DNA of 64,000 nucleotides from Octopus sinensis. Its lineage: Eukaryota. Numbering within the stretch: the stretch's first letter is position 1; each line of letters begins with the position of its first letter. Location: contig NC_042998.1 of NCBI RefSeq assembly GCF_006345805.1, positions 52,886,001 to 52,950,000 of the forward strand, in the 5' to 3' direction. The translations under genes and the position numbers were made by a program. This document shows positions 38,677 through 51,040 of this stretch, piece by piece. The notes under the pieces were generated by a model, which had not been told where the DNA came from, ran no database searches, and saw only the letters and a program-made list of their open reading frames with translations.

Positions 38677-39662
38677 TTTCATGCACACATATATGTATAT
38701 GAAATGCACCTCTTTCAGTTTTTGTCTACCAAATCCATTCACAGGGCTTTGATTGGCCTGAGGCTGTATTAGAATACAATTGCCCAAGGTAACATACAGT
38801 GGGACTGAACCTGGAACCATGTAATTGGGAAGCAAGCTTCTTACCTCAAAGCTATGCCTTTAAGCATTACAAATTTGATGCATGTTAAGTTAAAGAATTG
38901 AAGTATTGTATATAAACATGATAAAACGTGTGTGTGTGCGTGCGTGCGTGCGTGCATGCGTGTGTGTGTGCATGCGTGCACATGTGTATCTTGTGACAGC
39001 TATATTTTTGTTAAAATGTTTACAATGTCTTGAAATAAATGCTTCTCCCTCTCTCTCTTCCTCCTCCTCCCTATTGTTTTCCTCCCTCCACACAGGCTCT
39101 TGGTCTGTCACTTTTGTTATCACACTTGTTCATTAGTTATGTTAAACAAACTAATCCAACCTTGTACTTAAACTGATATCATTCTTATCTCTTGGAAACT
39201 TTATATTTTATCACATACTGAGCTTAGCAGACACACACACACTCACATGCATGTGCACATTCATACAAGCCAAGAAACTGCATATGATCATTAGATCTGC
39301 AAGAAAACACAACAATCTCTCAGCAATCACATTCTACTGTTTGAAAAAAAGAAGACCAAAATGGATAATATAGTTCTAGAATTAAAACAAAAAAAAAACA
39401 AAACAAAACAAAATGTATAAAGGTTTCTTAATAGCATCATTATCATCATTATCATCACCATCATCATTTTATGTCCACTTTTCCATGCTTGCATGCGTTG
39501 GAAGGAGTCTACTGAGGCAAATTTTCGGTGGCTAGCAAGGTAATATTTTTCCATGTCCAATTATGTTTACACAGAATGTTGGGAATGAATGATATTTTCT
39601 CATGAGAATATATGATAGCTCATTTCAGCTGGGAGACAAAAATATGATAGAAACACTCTCAA

Positions 39663-39824
39663 TAGGTGCAAGCTGGTTATGTGGTAAGAAGCTTGCTTCC
39701 CAGCCACATGGTCCCAGGCTCAATCCCACTGCATGGCACCTTGGGCAAGTGTCTTCTACTATAGCCTCAGGCTGACTAAAGCCTTGTGAGGGGATTTGGA
39801 AGATGGAAACTGATAGAAGCCAGT

Positions 39825-39830
<6 letters not shown>
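39663..39830 (+). mobile_element. SINE family A, 5' half
   Basis: Head and core present, ending in (TA)n. Confidence 0.75.
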
Positions 39831-39858
<28 letters not shown>

Positions 39859-39859
<1 letters not shown>

Positions 39860-40170
39860 TTTTGAACTTATAACCACCAATCTGCTTTGCTTTCCTTTTC
39901 TTTCTACATGCCACCCTAAAAACATCGCCATTCCCGCCCGTTTCTCTAAAAGTTCAACCTTCGCATGTTCCCTTTAATTCGATCTCCACCATTCACTATC
40001 ATTTCTTCCCCTGGCTTACAGCGATGTCCATGAGCAGGCTAAGATTTCTCCCTTCTTTTTTCATACATACATACATTTGTCTACCGTTTAAATGTTTTGA
40101 ACTTATAACCACCAATCTGCTTTGCTTTCCTTTTCTTTCTACATGCCACCCTAAAAACATCGCCATTCCC
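39859..40170. repeat. 77-bp perfect direct repeat (39859-39935 = 40094-40170)
   Basis: gttttgaacttataaccacc...catcgccattccc is identical in both copies, offset 235. Confidence 0.9.
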
Positions 40171-40429
40171 ACCCGGTGCACCCGCCCTTGCCCACCCCCA
40201 CCACCAATACCGGATATCTCTATATTTTTGTTCCATCTATACCGGATGTCGCTTCTCCCACCACCATTATAGGTGTCTACTCTTCGAACCCCCCTCTTCA
40301 ACACGCTATTTCACCATGCATTACCCCTCTCTTGATATCCTACGTTCTACTTGCCTAGAACCTGTCATCATTTCTCTGAACCACCCCTCCCCACTGGTGC
40401 TCCCCTATATATTTCTGCCCCCCCCCCAC

Positions 40430-40672
40430 ATAAAAAGCACCATCCGAACGTGGCCGATGCCAGACCCCTCTGGCACTTGTGCAGGTGGCACGTAAAAACA
40501 CCCACTACACTCGCGGAGTGGTTGGCGTTAGGAAGGGCATCCAGCTGTAGAAACACTGCCAGACTAGACTGGAGCCTGGGGCAGTCCCGAGCTCCCCAGA
40601 CCCCGGTCGAAACCGTCCAACCCGTGCTAGCGCGGAAAACGGACGTTAAACGATGATGATGATGATGGTGAT
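40430..40672 (+). mobile_element. Family C retroposon 3' end, young
   Basis: CpG-rich copy with a (GAT)n tail. Confidence 0.88.
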
Positions 40673-40674
40673 GA

Positions 40675-40740
40675 TGGCGGTGCCCCAGCATGGCCACAGC
40701 TCGTGAGCTGAAACTAGATAAAATAAAATAAAATAAAAAA
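40675..40740 (+). mobile_element. Short retroposon 3'-tail module
   Basis: ggcggtgccccagcatggccacagctcgtgagctgaaactagata(aaata)n. 3 mismatches in 59 nt to the tail fused to U6. Confidence 0.75.
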
Positions 40741-41421
40741 TATATATGCATGTGTGTGTGTGTGTATTTCTGTCTGTGTGTGTCCATTGCTTGACAATCG
40801 ATGGTGGTGTGTTTATGTACCCATAACTTAGTAGTTCAGCAAAAGAGATCGATAGAATAAGTACTAGGCTTACAAAGAATAAATCCTGGAGTCAATTTCT
40901 TCTACTAAAATCCTATAAAGTGGTGCTCCAGCATGACCACTGTCAAATGAATGAAACATGTGAAAGAACAAAAGAATATTTATCTGTTAGTTTCTTATTG
41001 AGGAATAATCACTACATTAGTGGTTGATAATATTTAACTAGATTAAATAATATTAACTAGATTAGAAAAGTCAAATGATGATGATGGTGATGATGACAAC
41101 AATGAAGGTAAAAATAATGATGGTGATGATGCCGATGATAATGATTATTTATTTCTGATATAGACACAACACCAGCAATTTTGAGATGGTGGTAGGGTTA
41201 GTTGATATAATCAATTGCACCTGACTTGTAATTTATTTTATTGAACAGTAAAGGATGAAAGGCAAAGCTGACTCTTGTAGGATTTGAACTCAGAATGGAA
41301 CTGAGATGGAAAAAAGGCCACAAACCAGGTTTTCTGATTTTTTAAAACAAGTCTACTAGTTTTCCAACAAAACTCTCATCACACATACACCACGCACAAC
41401 AGAACAAACTGTAATATAACA

Positions 41422-41660
41422 CAAGGCGACGAGCTGGCAGAAACGTTAGCACGCCGGGCGAAATGCTTAGCAGTATTTCGTCTGCCGTTACGTTCTGAGT
41501 TCAAATTCCATTGAGGTCAACTTTGCCTTTCATCCCTTCAGGGTCGATAAATTAAGTACCAGTTATGCACTGGGGTCGATGTAATTGACTTAATCCCTTT
41601 GTCTATCCTTGTTTGTCCCCTCTATGTTTAGCCCCTTGTGGGTAATAAAGAAATAAGAAA
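41422..41660 (+). mobile_element. SINE family B, full length
   Basis: ggcgacgagctggcagaaacgttagc (A box)...gagttcaaattcc (B box)...ccccttgtgggtaataaagaaata. Confidence 0.9.
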
Positions 41661-42559
41661 GAACAAGCTAAACCATAGAGCACCTCAAAATTGCTGACCT
41701 TGTGTCTATATCAGAAATAATCATTATCTTTTTTTACCTTCATTGCTGTCCTCATTGTCACCATCATCATTTGACATTGCTAATCTAGTTAAGACATATG
41801 ATATTTTACAAACAACTAACACATGCAAGTGCTACCAGTCGAAAGTCTGATGTGGTCTTCTGCCTGGCTAGCTCCTGTCAAACCATCCAACCCATTCCAG
41901 CATGGAAGGAGGACGTTAAACAAGGATGATGATGATGAATAAAAATCTAACACATAAATATTGAAAGTTTTTCTACCGTAAGTTTGTCTCATAGCTGAAG
42001 CGAACTATTATTTATTCTCATGTGAAAAATCAGGCATTTTCTTAAAGTTGGAAATTGTCACATCAGCTATAACTTGGATACTGCTGTTGAGAGGCTGAAA
42101 TTTATGCTGGAATCCAAAATACCATAACAGTAACAGACTCCCAAATGATCTCTTAACAGACAATAAAAAAAGAACACAATGAAATATAATAATAAAACTA
42201 AATTTGCACATCGGAACACACACTTCCTAATAATTTTGTGTCTTTGTATCTCCTGTACTAACATCAAGTGATAGCTATAATGGAGTGTCATCATCATATC
42301 TCAGAGTTATTTGTTTCCATTGTTCTGTGAAAACATATCTGGCCAAGAGGAAATATTACTTTGCTTGAGAATAGGTGAGAATTGGTATCAGGAAAGGCAT
42401 TCAGCTATAGAAAATTTGCATCAATGAATTCCATCCGATCTATGCAAACTTGGAAAAGCGGATGTTAAAAGGAGTTAAAATGATGATGATGTATAATACA
42501 TACATAGGTATGTACACACACACACAACACACACACACACACACACACACTCACACATG

Positions 42560-42591
<32 letters not shown>

Positions 42592-42899
42592 TTATAATTG
42601 GTTGGAGATGGCAAAATGTAAGCCTTCATGAAGACTTTTGACTAAAACAACAATATCAAATCTAATTATTTGGTGTCAGAAAAGGTGGGTAAATTCTGTC
42701 TGAGAAGTTAGAATACAACTTGGCAATTAAAAATTTGCAAAGCTGAATGTTTATTCAAAATGGAAACTTGCATGAAAGAAAAAAGAAAAAGAAAAATAGC
42801 TGGGTGACAGACTGTGACATTCACTATCACGTGCAAATGATATCCTATTAAGCTTGATATGAAACAGTCTGTAACAGTCTGTAATAGGACAACCACCAG

Positions 42900-44060
42900 A
42901 TTAAAGTTTAGATAATGAATGCTAAATTGATCAAAAGGAAGTGTATTTGGTGAAAAAATATGACTACAGTAATAAAAGCAGCGAAGACAATTGTATTTCT
43001 ATTAATCTGTTCTCTACCCAAAATTATGTGCTAATGTAATGCTTGGCTCAGACCTCCAATCAAAGCATGACAAAGTAACATTTAATTTATAACAGAAATG
43101 TTATAAATGTCATACTAACACCAACCTGCAATATCAGTTTGTGGATTGAGTATTCTTAACATTGACCTTACTGATCTTGCCAGCCTGACATCTGACTGTC
43201 GTTGTAATACTACAAAGTTACGTCAATAGTCACACCAATTTATAGTTCATTAGATGGGAGATTAACAGATTATTAAAGGAGGAAATAAAAGAGCCAAAGC
43301 AAATCACCTTCAAAAGCTTAGATTCTAGTTACAAAGGATGAAAACCAAGAGAAATGTCTAGTCATTGACAATTCACATGCCATCAATATATTCACACAGC
43401 TGGATGCATTCCCATTATCTCACATAACAGATATTGTCAATAAAATAGCTCAATATTCTGTATTTAGCACCATTGATCTCTGCTGTACTTATCATGAAAT
43501 ACCAATTAAATTTGAAGAAAGGCCATATACTGCATTTGAAAGAAACAATAGATTATATCAGTTTACCTGAGTACCCTTTGGAGCAACAAATTTGCTAGCT
43601 TTCAGCAGCAGATGAACAAGTTTCTGAAGGAAGAAAACTTGTCTGCTGTATTCTCCTCTCTGGATAACATTACTTTTTGCAGTAATTATCAACAGAGTCA
43701 TAATTACAAACTTTCTCAGTTCTTATGTGTTACTAAGAGAGAAAATATCCCAGCTAATGATGAAAAGAGTGTATTTTCTACACAGAAGTTAGTTATTCTT
43801 GGTGATATTGTCGAAAAGAGTGAAATTAGGCCTGATCCTGAATAATGAGTACCTCTTCACAAACCTTCTGTTCCACAAAATATGAAACAACTAATGACTA
43901 TTCCTTACTATTTTAAATATGTTCTAAACTTTTCTGAATGCATAAAATCAGTTTTGGGTATTACAGAAATGCCTGTATCTGAAAAGGATATGTGGACATT
44001 TGATCTATATTTAAATGTTGAAGAGGCAGTAGCATCTATCGATGAGAATATTTACTTTTA
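42900..44060 (+). mobile_element. Ty3/Gypsy LTR-retrotransposon pol remnant (RT domain)
   Basis: Translates CLVIDNSHAINIFTQLDAFPL..ITDIVNKIAQYSVFSTIDL...YHEIPI...ERPYTAFE....YQF.*VPFG...SLDNI...LGDIV....IRPDPE. Stops and frameshifts present, no LTRs seen. Confidence 0.88.
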
Positions 44061-44171
44061 AAGTCCAGAGTGATGCTTCAGATTACACTATTGCTACCAC
44101 CTCAACCCAAAAATGTTTCTTGTTACTTTCTTCTCGCATGAGCTTAAATATCCTTCCAGGGAAAAGCGCCA

Positions 44172-44402
44172 TCTTCTTTCTTCTTTCTTCTTCTTTATGC
44201 TTTTAACCCTCCAATGCAGAGTATAGGCCACTTATAGTTGAATTCCATGTCGCATAATTTTTCCCTTCAGTACTTATACTCTGCCATGAATGTCCCCCTT
44301 CCTCTAGTTCCTTTTGTGTTGATCTTTGCCACAAGTTCTTAGGCCTACCTCTCCTTCTGTATCCATCTGGTTTCCACCTTAAAGCACTTTTCGCAATGTT
44401 TG
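44172..44402 (-). mobile_element. RTE LINE extreme 3' end with GAA-rich tail
   Basis: PNIAKSALRWKPDGYRRRGRPKNLWQR matches the RTE C-terminal W.P.G.R.RGRP motif. Confidence 0.85.
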
Positions 44403-44625
44403 GATAGTAACATCAGCCTTGACCCACCGTCCAAGTTTGAAATAAGAAAAGCTATACAACCCCTCAAGAATGGTAAAGCGGGGGGGGGGCGTAGACAACA
44501 TTCCAGCTGAAGCAATGAAATCAGCTATAGAAATAGCAGTAGAAATGTTTCATCCATTATTTTCTAAGATATGGCAGGAAGAAAATGTGCCTAATGATTG
44601 GAAAAGCCATCATCAAATCTATTAA
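44399..44625 (+). mobile_element. RTE LINE fragment just upstream of the RT domain
   Basis: DPPSKFEIRKAIQPLKNGKA.GVDNIPAEAMK...LFSKIWQEENVPNDWK. Confidence 0.85.
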
Positions 44626-45319
44626 ACATCTGAAAGTCCATTATCTTACTTCAGAACACTTTATTCTAAGGGCTGATCAGAAGTTAGTTGCCTATAAATT
44701 TAATCAATATCATAAAGGTAAATTGATGACTGATAGGATCATGTATTGAAGAGTAGATCTTTCAGGTTATGACTTTGACATTGAATATTGACTTGATAAA
44801 GAGATAATATACCACCGGATATGTTATATCAATCTACACAAACATCTACTCAAGCACCCTGTACAAACCATTGTGCCATTTATGAGTAAGTAGGCTGAAT
44901 AATTTTGTCTGTAGTCATAATCTAGAATTTACAATGGAAGAAATAAAGTAGCAAATTTCTGTCAGGTGTGTTGTAAGTTTAAGTCATAGCATTATCATAC
45001 TTAGAAAACATGTAATTAAAGCAACACAACCCTATTGAATAGCTTAATGGTGATTTCAAAGGGTTCTTACCAACAAATAATAAGACCTAATAGTTAGTTA
45101 ACATTATAGATGAATATTTATGACTTCCTTTCATGTTTCCATGTCTAGATGTGATGTCATCTAACGTCTTGTGCTTTCTACATTTGGTTTACCAATGCAT
45201 AACCATTTTGATCAGGGAACATCTTTATGATTCAGAAACTTTGACAATTTTATCTGTGAAACAAGTTGTTATGAGGAGGGAAAATCTAACCAGTAAACTA
45301 AGCACTTTCACAGAATACA

Positions 45320-45515
45320 TTTATCATCATCGCCATGACCATTTAACGTCTGGCTTCTTTGCTGGTATGGGTTAGATGGTTTGACAGGAGCTGGCTGGGC
45401 AAAAGACTGCAGTAGATTTCTGTTTCTATTCAGGCACACATTTTACAGCTGGATACCCTTCCTAACACCAACCACCTGGCAGAGTGGACTAAGTAATTTC
45501 ATGTGGCACCAGCAC
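45320..45515 (-). mobile_element. Family C retroposon 3' end
   Basis: Reverse complement core cagctggatacccttcctaac. Confidence 0.7.
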
Positions 45516-45934
45516 AAGTGAGGAATGCACCTGAGCACTGTATACAATAATTTCATTCATTATTATTATTATTATTATTATTGTCATGCTGGTCTTCTGC
45601 ATGCACAGAAGTTTCCCCACAGTGAGTAACACAGGATTTGAGGAACCTAAAATCACTGATCTTCTTGAGTCATATGCCACTATTGTTAAAGATTAACTGG
45701 GAACTCTCATCTCCAGTGATAATCATGTATTCTAAAATCCTTGCACAGAGATAGTCCAATTCCAGCTGAAACAGTCCTAGCAGGTGCTAATAAGTATTGT
45801 GAATCACACAGCTTATGAGCTTCTATGGCATTATCTCCAATACAGCCAAGATCAAACACCTTGCTGATGACCTAACCATCTTCACTGAACAGTGAGGAAT
45901 GCATCCTAAACAAGGCCAAAATACTATCTAAGGA

Positions 45935-46504
45935 TGCAGTCCACAACAACCGCAAAGGCAAAAAAGAGCCAGAGTGTCTTTCTGAAAGATAATTGTTTCT
46001 GCCAAAATTCTCTCTAAGGGTGGGTTTTGCTGGTATTCCTGAAGTGCTAGGTAGCAGGTAATGTCAGATATTGTTTTGGAGATTTCTGCACTGTGGTGGG
46101 GGACAAGAAAAACTTGGTTGCATTGAAGCTGTTGGCAAGAACACAGAGCAAAGGTTGGGAATCAGTTGAGGCTGATGGATAAGAGGATAAAGATTCCTGG
46201 TGCAGCATTGTGAAACACAACTTCCTTGCAGCCACTTGAAGACAAACACTCACACACTCACACACACACACGCACACATGCACGCACACACGCACGCACA
46301 CATGCATGCACACACACAATGCAGCCAGATAGTTCTCATCTCCTACCACAGTGTAGAAGTCACCAAATCACAACATCTGAAATAACCTGCCACCTAGCAC
46401 ACCAGGAATGCCAGTAAAGCTTACCCTTAGAGAGAATTTTGCAAGAACAATGGTTCTTCAAAAAGACATTCTGGCTCTTTTTGCTTTTGTGCTTGTGAAC
46501 TGCA
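45935..46504. mobile_element. Old foldback/MITE-like element with ~190-bp diverged inverted arms
   Basis: 45935-~46128 aligns by eye to the reverse complement of ~46318-46504 (for example aaaattctctctaagggt, gtgctaggt.gcagg, cactgtggt). Confidence 0.75.
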
Positions 46505-46559
46505 CTGTCAGAAGTATCTTGGCTCTGTTCAGGATGAGTTTCTCACTGTTGATTTAGCC

Positions 46560-46770
46560 TCATCATAATCATCATCGTCGTTTAACGTCCGCTTTCCATG
46601 ATAGCATGGGCTGGACGATTTGACTGAGGACTGGCAAACCAGATGGCTGCACCAGGCTCCAATCTGATCTGGCAGAGTTTCTACAGCTGGATGCCCTTCC
46701 TGTGGTTGGCATTATGCCAACCACTCCAAGAATGTAGTGGGTACTTTTACATACCACTGGCACGAGGGCC
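46560..46770 (-). mobile_element. Family C retroposon 3' end
   Basis: Reverse complement with an (ATC)n tail. Confidence 0.85.
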
Positions 46771-47734
46771 TATATAGTTAAAATGAATTGTTTTAATAGT
46801 CAAAGGCAAAATAGAAAAGCGATAAATAATAACATAATTGGATTAAAGAAACCCTTTAGTAAGAATAAATTTTTTTAAATGCATAAAGAAATTTGAAAGT
46901 TTGCTTTGGTCAAAAGGTAGAACATCTGTCACGTTTACAGAAGATGTGGATTCAAGTCACATGGGTGGCCTTCGACCTTTTCTATCCAAAGGGCTTTTTT
47001 TAACCCAATATGTTATTATTTATAACTTTGCTACTTGAAGTTCAACTACTGAACATGATTTATTTCATGTTCTCTCAAAGTTTTTAAAGTCTTATGACAT
47101 CATCCTCAACAACAGCAACAACACACACGCATTAATGGTACATATTGATTTACAGTTGCATACATTTTTTCATGATTCAATTCTTTTCTAGCTGTTTTTG
47201 TGATATGATATAGACATAATCCATTGAACAATAGTAATGAGCCAAATAAAATGTCATTCTACAGATGCACGAGGAGAATATTATTCTATTTTCTCTTCTA
47301 TTAGAAGGATAGAGTGGGAAAGAGAAAGAAAAGACATCTATATATATATATATACAGAGAGAGAGAGAGAGAAGAGACAGCACTTAAAAAAAAAATGCAT
47401 TCACAGATACATACAAAATATTTTGCTGATATAAATTTTCTATCTTGTTTTGTATTTAAGTATTTACAACAATTCTGATATATTACATTTAGATATCATA
47501 TTCATTGTTTTCTTATTCAAATGTAAGAGATATATTTATATTAAGTATTATTCACATTCGTGGAAATAATCTTGGAGGCATAAATATATTAAAACGTGAA
47601 GAAGAAATAAGATTTAACCTAGTTTCAAATGTAATGTAAACAACTTTTTTGGTTTGCACTGCATCTCTATTGTCCATCAATATGTTTATCTCAATTTATA
47701 AATGCTATTTGTAATATATTATTATCATTATCAA

Positions 47735-47773
<39 letters not shown>

Positions 47774-48574
47774 TAAGCTTACCTTCATAATGATTCATAA
47801 TATTATTGTCATCTGCTGCCAGTTCATTTTTTGTTTTATAAAAACGTATATTAAGTATTGTTTATTGAGATATACCATATTTATACAATTATATTCAGGA
47901 ATTAGGTCATAGATATTGCATGGTTTTAAAAATGAATTGCAACAAATTCTTCAGATAAAGCAAACATACTCACAAAACACAAACATGCACATATGTAAAA
48001 CTTATATTAATAATAATTTTGATTTGTTTCATGTATGTCAGAAATATCATGCACATATTTATTAGTTTGTATTAAAAAAAGGAAAATATTATGGAGGAGG
48101 TGTCTGAGGAAATGAAAATTTTATGGAGGAGGCACCTGAGAACTTTACCCTAGCAACCTTTTCAGGAATAGTGGGTAGAGAAGATGGATGATTGGATAAA
48201 ACAGTGGATAAAATACCTTCTGGTTTTTATTAACCTGTTAACTATACCATGTGATGGTTTAGTATTCTGTTTAGTGGGAAATATTAACCAGTCTACCTAG
48301 CCAGTGGTCATATGAAAGCTACAACAATGCAAGGAAGTGCATTGTGATCAGTAATGTATAACAGTATCTGATAGTCTGGTCAATACAGTGACACACACAC
48401 ACATATATATATAGAAGGGTGTTTGTTATGGTTGGTCAGAGAGTGACCATTGGTTTCACACCTATAAAGCACTTAGCTGTATAAGCAACTCATCAGACTC
48501 AAATGGCCAGAGGGAGTAAAATTTCATGGTCAGTTAGTTTTGTAAACAAAAAAATATATGCACATTATTTACAG

Positions 48575-48645
48575 GTATATGGCATAGTAGTTAAGAGCAC
48601 AGGCTACTAACCCCAAGATTCCAAGTTCGATTCCAGGCAGTAATA
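48575..48645 (+). mobile_element. tRNA-derived SINE head
   Basis: tggcatagtagttaagagc (A box) and aagttcgattcc (B box). No acceptor stem. Confidence 0.6.
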
Positions 48646-48840
48646 TCAATAATAATTAATATTAATTAATATTGTAAAGTATAAAAGCCATCTCAATATG
48701 GCTAACCACAAGGTGGGGGTGTTACTGTAGCTTTTTAGCCCCAGGAGATCATCGTCTCCAGCTGGCTTTAGACACCCTTTCAGTACCCTTGAAGTATTTG
48801 CAAAGGGAGGCCATCACTTCCTCGCAAGCCTGAGTGATAC

Positions 48841-48882
48841 GCACGGACCGGTTTTGAGATTATTGTCTCTTATCAACAGGCG
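48841..48882 (-). ncRNA. Decayed minimal hammerhead-like motif
   Basis: Minus strand TTGATAA-GAGA.CAATAA.TCTC-AAAA-CCG-GTC. Three transitions from CTGATGA...GAAA, palindromic ACCGGT stem III. Confidence 0.5.
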
Positions 48883-48889
48883 GTAACCA

Positions 48890-48983
48890 CCTATATATAC
48901 ACACATATATATATATAATATATATATATATATACATATATATATACATATATATATACATATATATATACATATATATATAC

Positions 48984-49037
<54 letters not shown>

Positions 49038-49089
49038 TATATATATATGTACATTATATGTATATATATATATATAATATATATGTACA

Positions 49090-49168
<79 letters not shown>

Positions 49169-49204
49169 GTACATTATATGTATATATATATATATATATG
49201 TACA

Positions 49205-49251
<47 letters not shown>

Positions 49252-49262
49252 CATGTTTATAT
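48890..49262. repeat. Long (TA)n-based tract with higher-order units (tgtacattatatg)
   Basis: Read directly. Confidence 0.95.
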
Positions 49263-50104
49263 AACATATAACACACATACATTGCATATAATTTTTCTCA
49301 ATGACAAAATGCAGTAAATGGCTTTATTGCAGGCTCGAATATATCTCAAGCATTTTTGAATTGGTAATAAGTTTATATTTCTTATAAATATTTGGTTGGA
49401 CAATATATAAAAACAGTGAAGCAGTAAAACATTGAAACTGTTGGAAATCTGAAGAATTCTGAGAGCTCATCTCAAATGTTCATGGAAACTATTTGTTTTT
49501 GTCTAATGGGAATATACTTAACATAGTGTTTCCAAGGTAACAGTAGTACATTTAATTTAAAATTCTTCATTCTTCAATTATATTTTCACATGATAATAGT
49601 TAGCTGAGAGAGAAACAAATTTTGAAAAAAAAAGGTTCTTTACAAATCGTTTTGAAAGAGCATAAATTAGAATTGTCTACCATGAGAATTGATACTGATA
49701 TTTTTGTCCAAGTCTCTATTGCTACAGATAATACTGAATTGAATCAAAAATGCTGACTTGCATTTTCTGTCTTCATTATTATTTATTTCGACTACTTCCA
49801 CAAAAGACATTAGAATAACCTAGCAACCAGTTGGACATCTATGACCTATACACTTCATTTCACATTTAGATAAGAATAGTCTTCCCGTGAAGCATCTGTA
49901 AATTACCAAACAAACATGTTTTATTTCTTTTTGTCAATTATGGTTTAATCTATTCCTAAGAAAGTGTTTAGTTAACAATTAAGTCATGTGTCATCTTTCT
50001 TTTTGTTTTGAGTGAGGAAGAGTTATTGAGAGAAAATGTGTAAATAAATAAATCCATAGTCATTATATTACAGGATTTAATTTCAATTTTACACATATAT
50101 ATAT

Positions 50105-50350
50105 TGTGAAAGTGCTTGGCCTAGTGGTTAGGTTGATGCACTCACAGTTGCTAGATCGTGGGTTCGATTCCCTGATTGGGTGACGTGTTGTGTTTTTGAG
50201 CAAAACACTTCATTTCCCCCTTTCAATCAAGGGGAAATGTTGGCCCATTCAACTAGCCAGCAGGGCGGTGCTATTTGAAGGCTACAACAATGCAAAGCGC
50301 ATTGTGACCAGTGATGTGTAACAACATTTGATAACCTGGTTGGTCGCATA
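50105..50350 (+). mobile_element. SINE family D-like
   Basis: tggcctagtggttagg...gggttcgattccc...ttgagcaaaacactt. Confidence 0.7.
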
Positions 50351-50449
50351 AATATTTTATATCTGTCCTTCTTTAATTGCATGGAATTATTCTGAACATT
50401 CAGATTTCATAGGTTTGCAAACTACATGGCAATCTCACTAATATCAGTG

Positions 50450-50630
50450 GTACAAGAAAACCACCCAGTACATACTGTAAAGTAGTTGGCATTAGGAAGG
50501 GTGACTAGCTGTAGAAACCATGCCTAAGTAGACCCTGGAGTGTGATGCAGTCCTTGAACCCATCAAATCCTATTAAATCGTCCAACCCATACCAACATGG
50601 AATATGGGATTTAAATGATGATGATGATGT
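50450..50630 (+). mobile_element. Family C retroposon 3' end
   Basis: ggcattaggaagggtgactagctgtagaaac...tccaacccatacc...gatgatgatgat. Confidence 0.7.
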
Positions 50631-50689
50631 CTCCTTGTGGCAACTGGATGTGCATGTAAAGACATCATTGCCTTTCCACTCAATGGATC

Positions 50690-51040
50690 CTGTAATGCAG
50701 AGGCCTACATATGTCTTAGCATCACTCAGTAAGACCTTTGTCAGCTACTCACATGCTGTCTACTTAAAGCTATATACATGGCTATATATACTATATGTGA
50801 TACAGTTTGCATCTCAAGTCTGGAAACCCCATCTTGTGCAGAATATCGGTCTACTGGAAGCAGTCCAGAGACATACAACCACAGGAATATTCTACATCAG
50901 TCACTTGCCATACCTTGAATGCCTTGTTTCCTTGGATATTGACACCATAAAGCTCTAATGTTTAGTAGCTGACATGGTGGAATCACACAAGATTATCCAC
51001 CATCTTTGCAACAACTTTGGCCACTTTTCTGAATTCTGAA
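50690..51040 (+). mobile_element. CR1-clade LINE 3' coding remnant
   Basis: YLKLY....FASQVWKPHL..NIGLLEAVQR..T...ISHLPY.ECL..L....K.*...ADM....KII resembles the CR1 ORF2 C-terminus. Confidence 0.8.
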
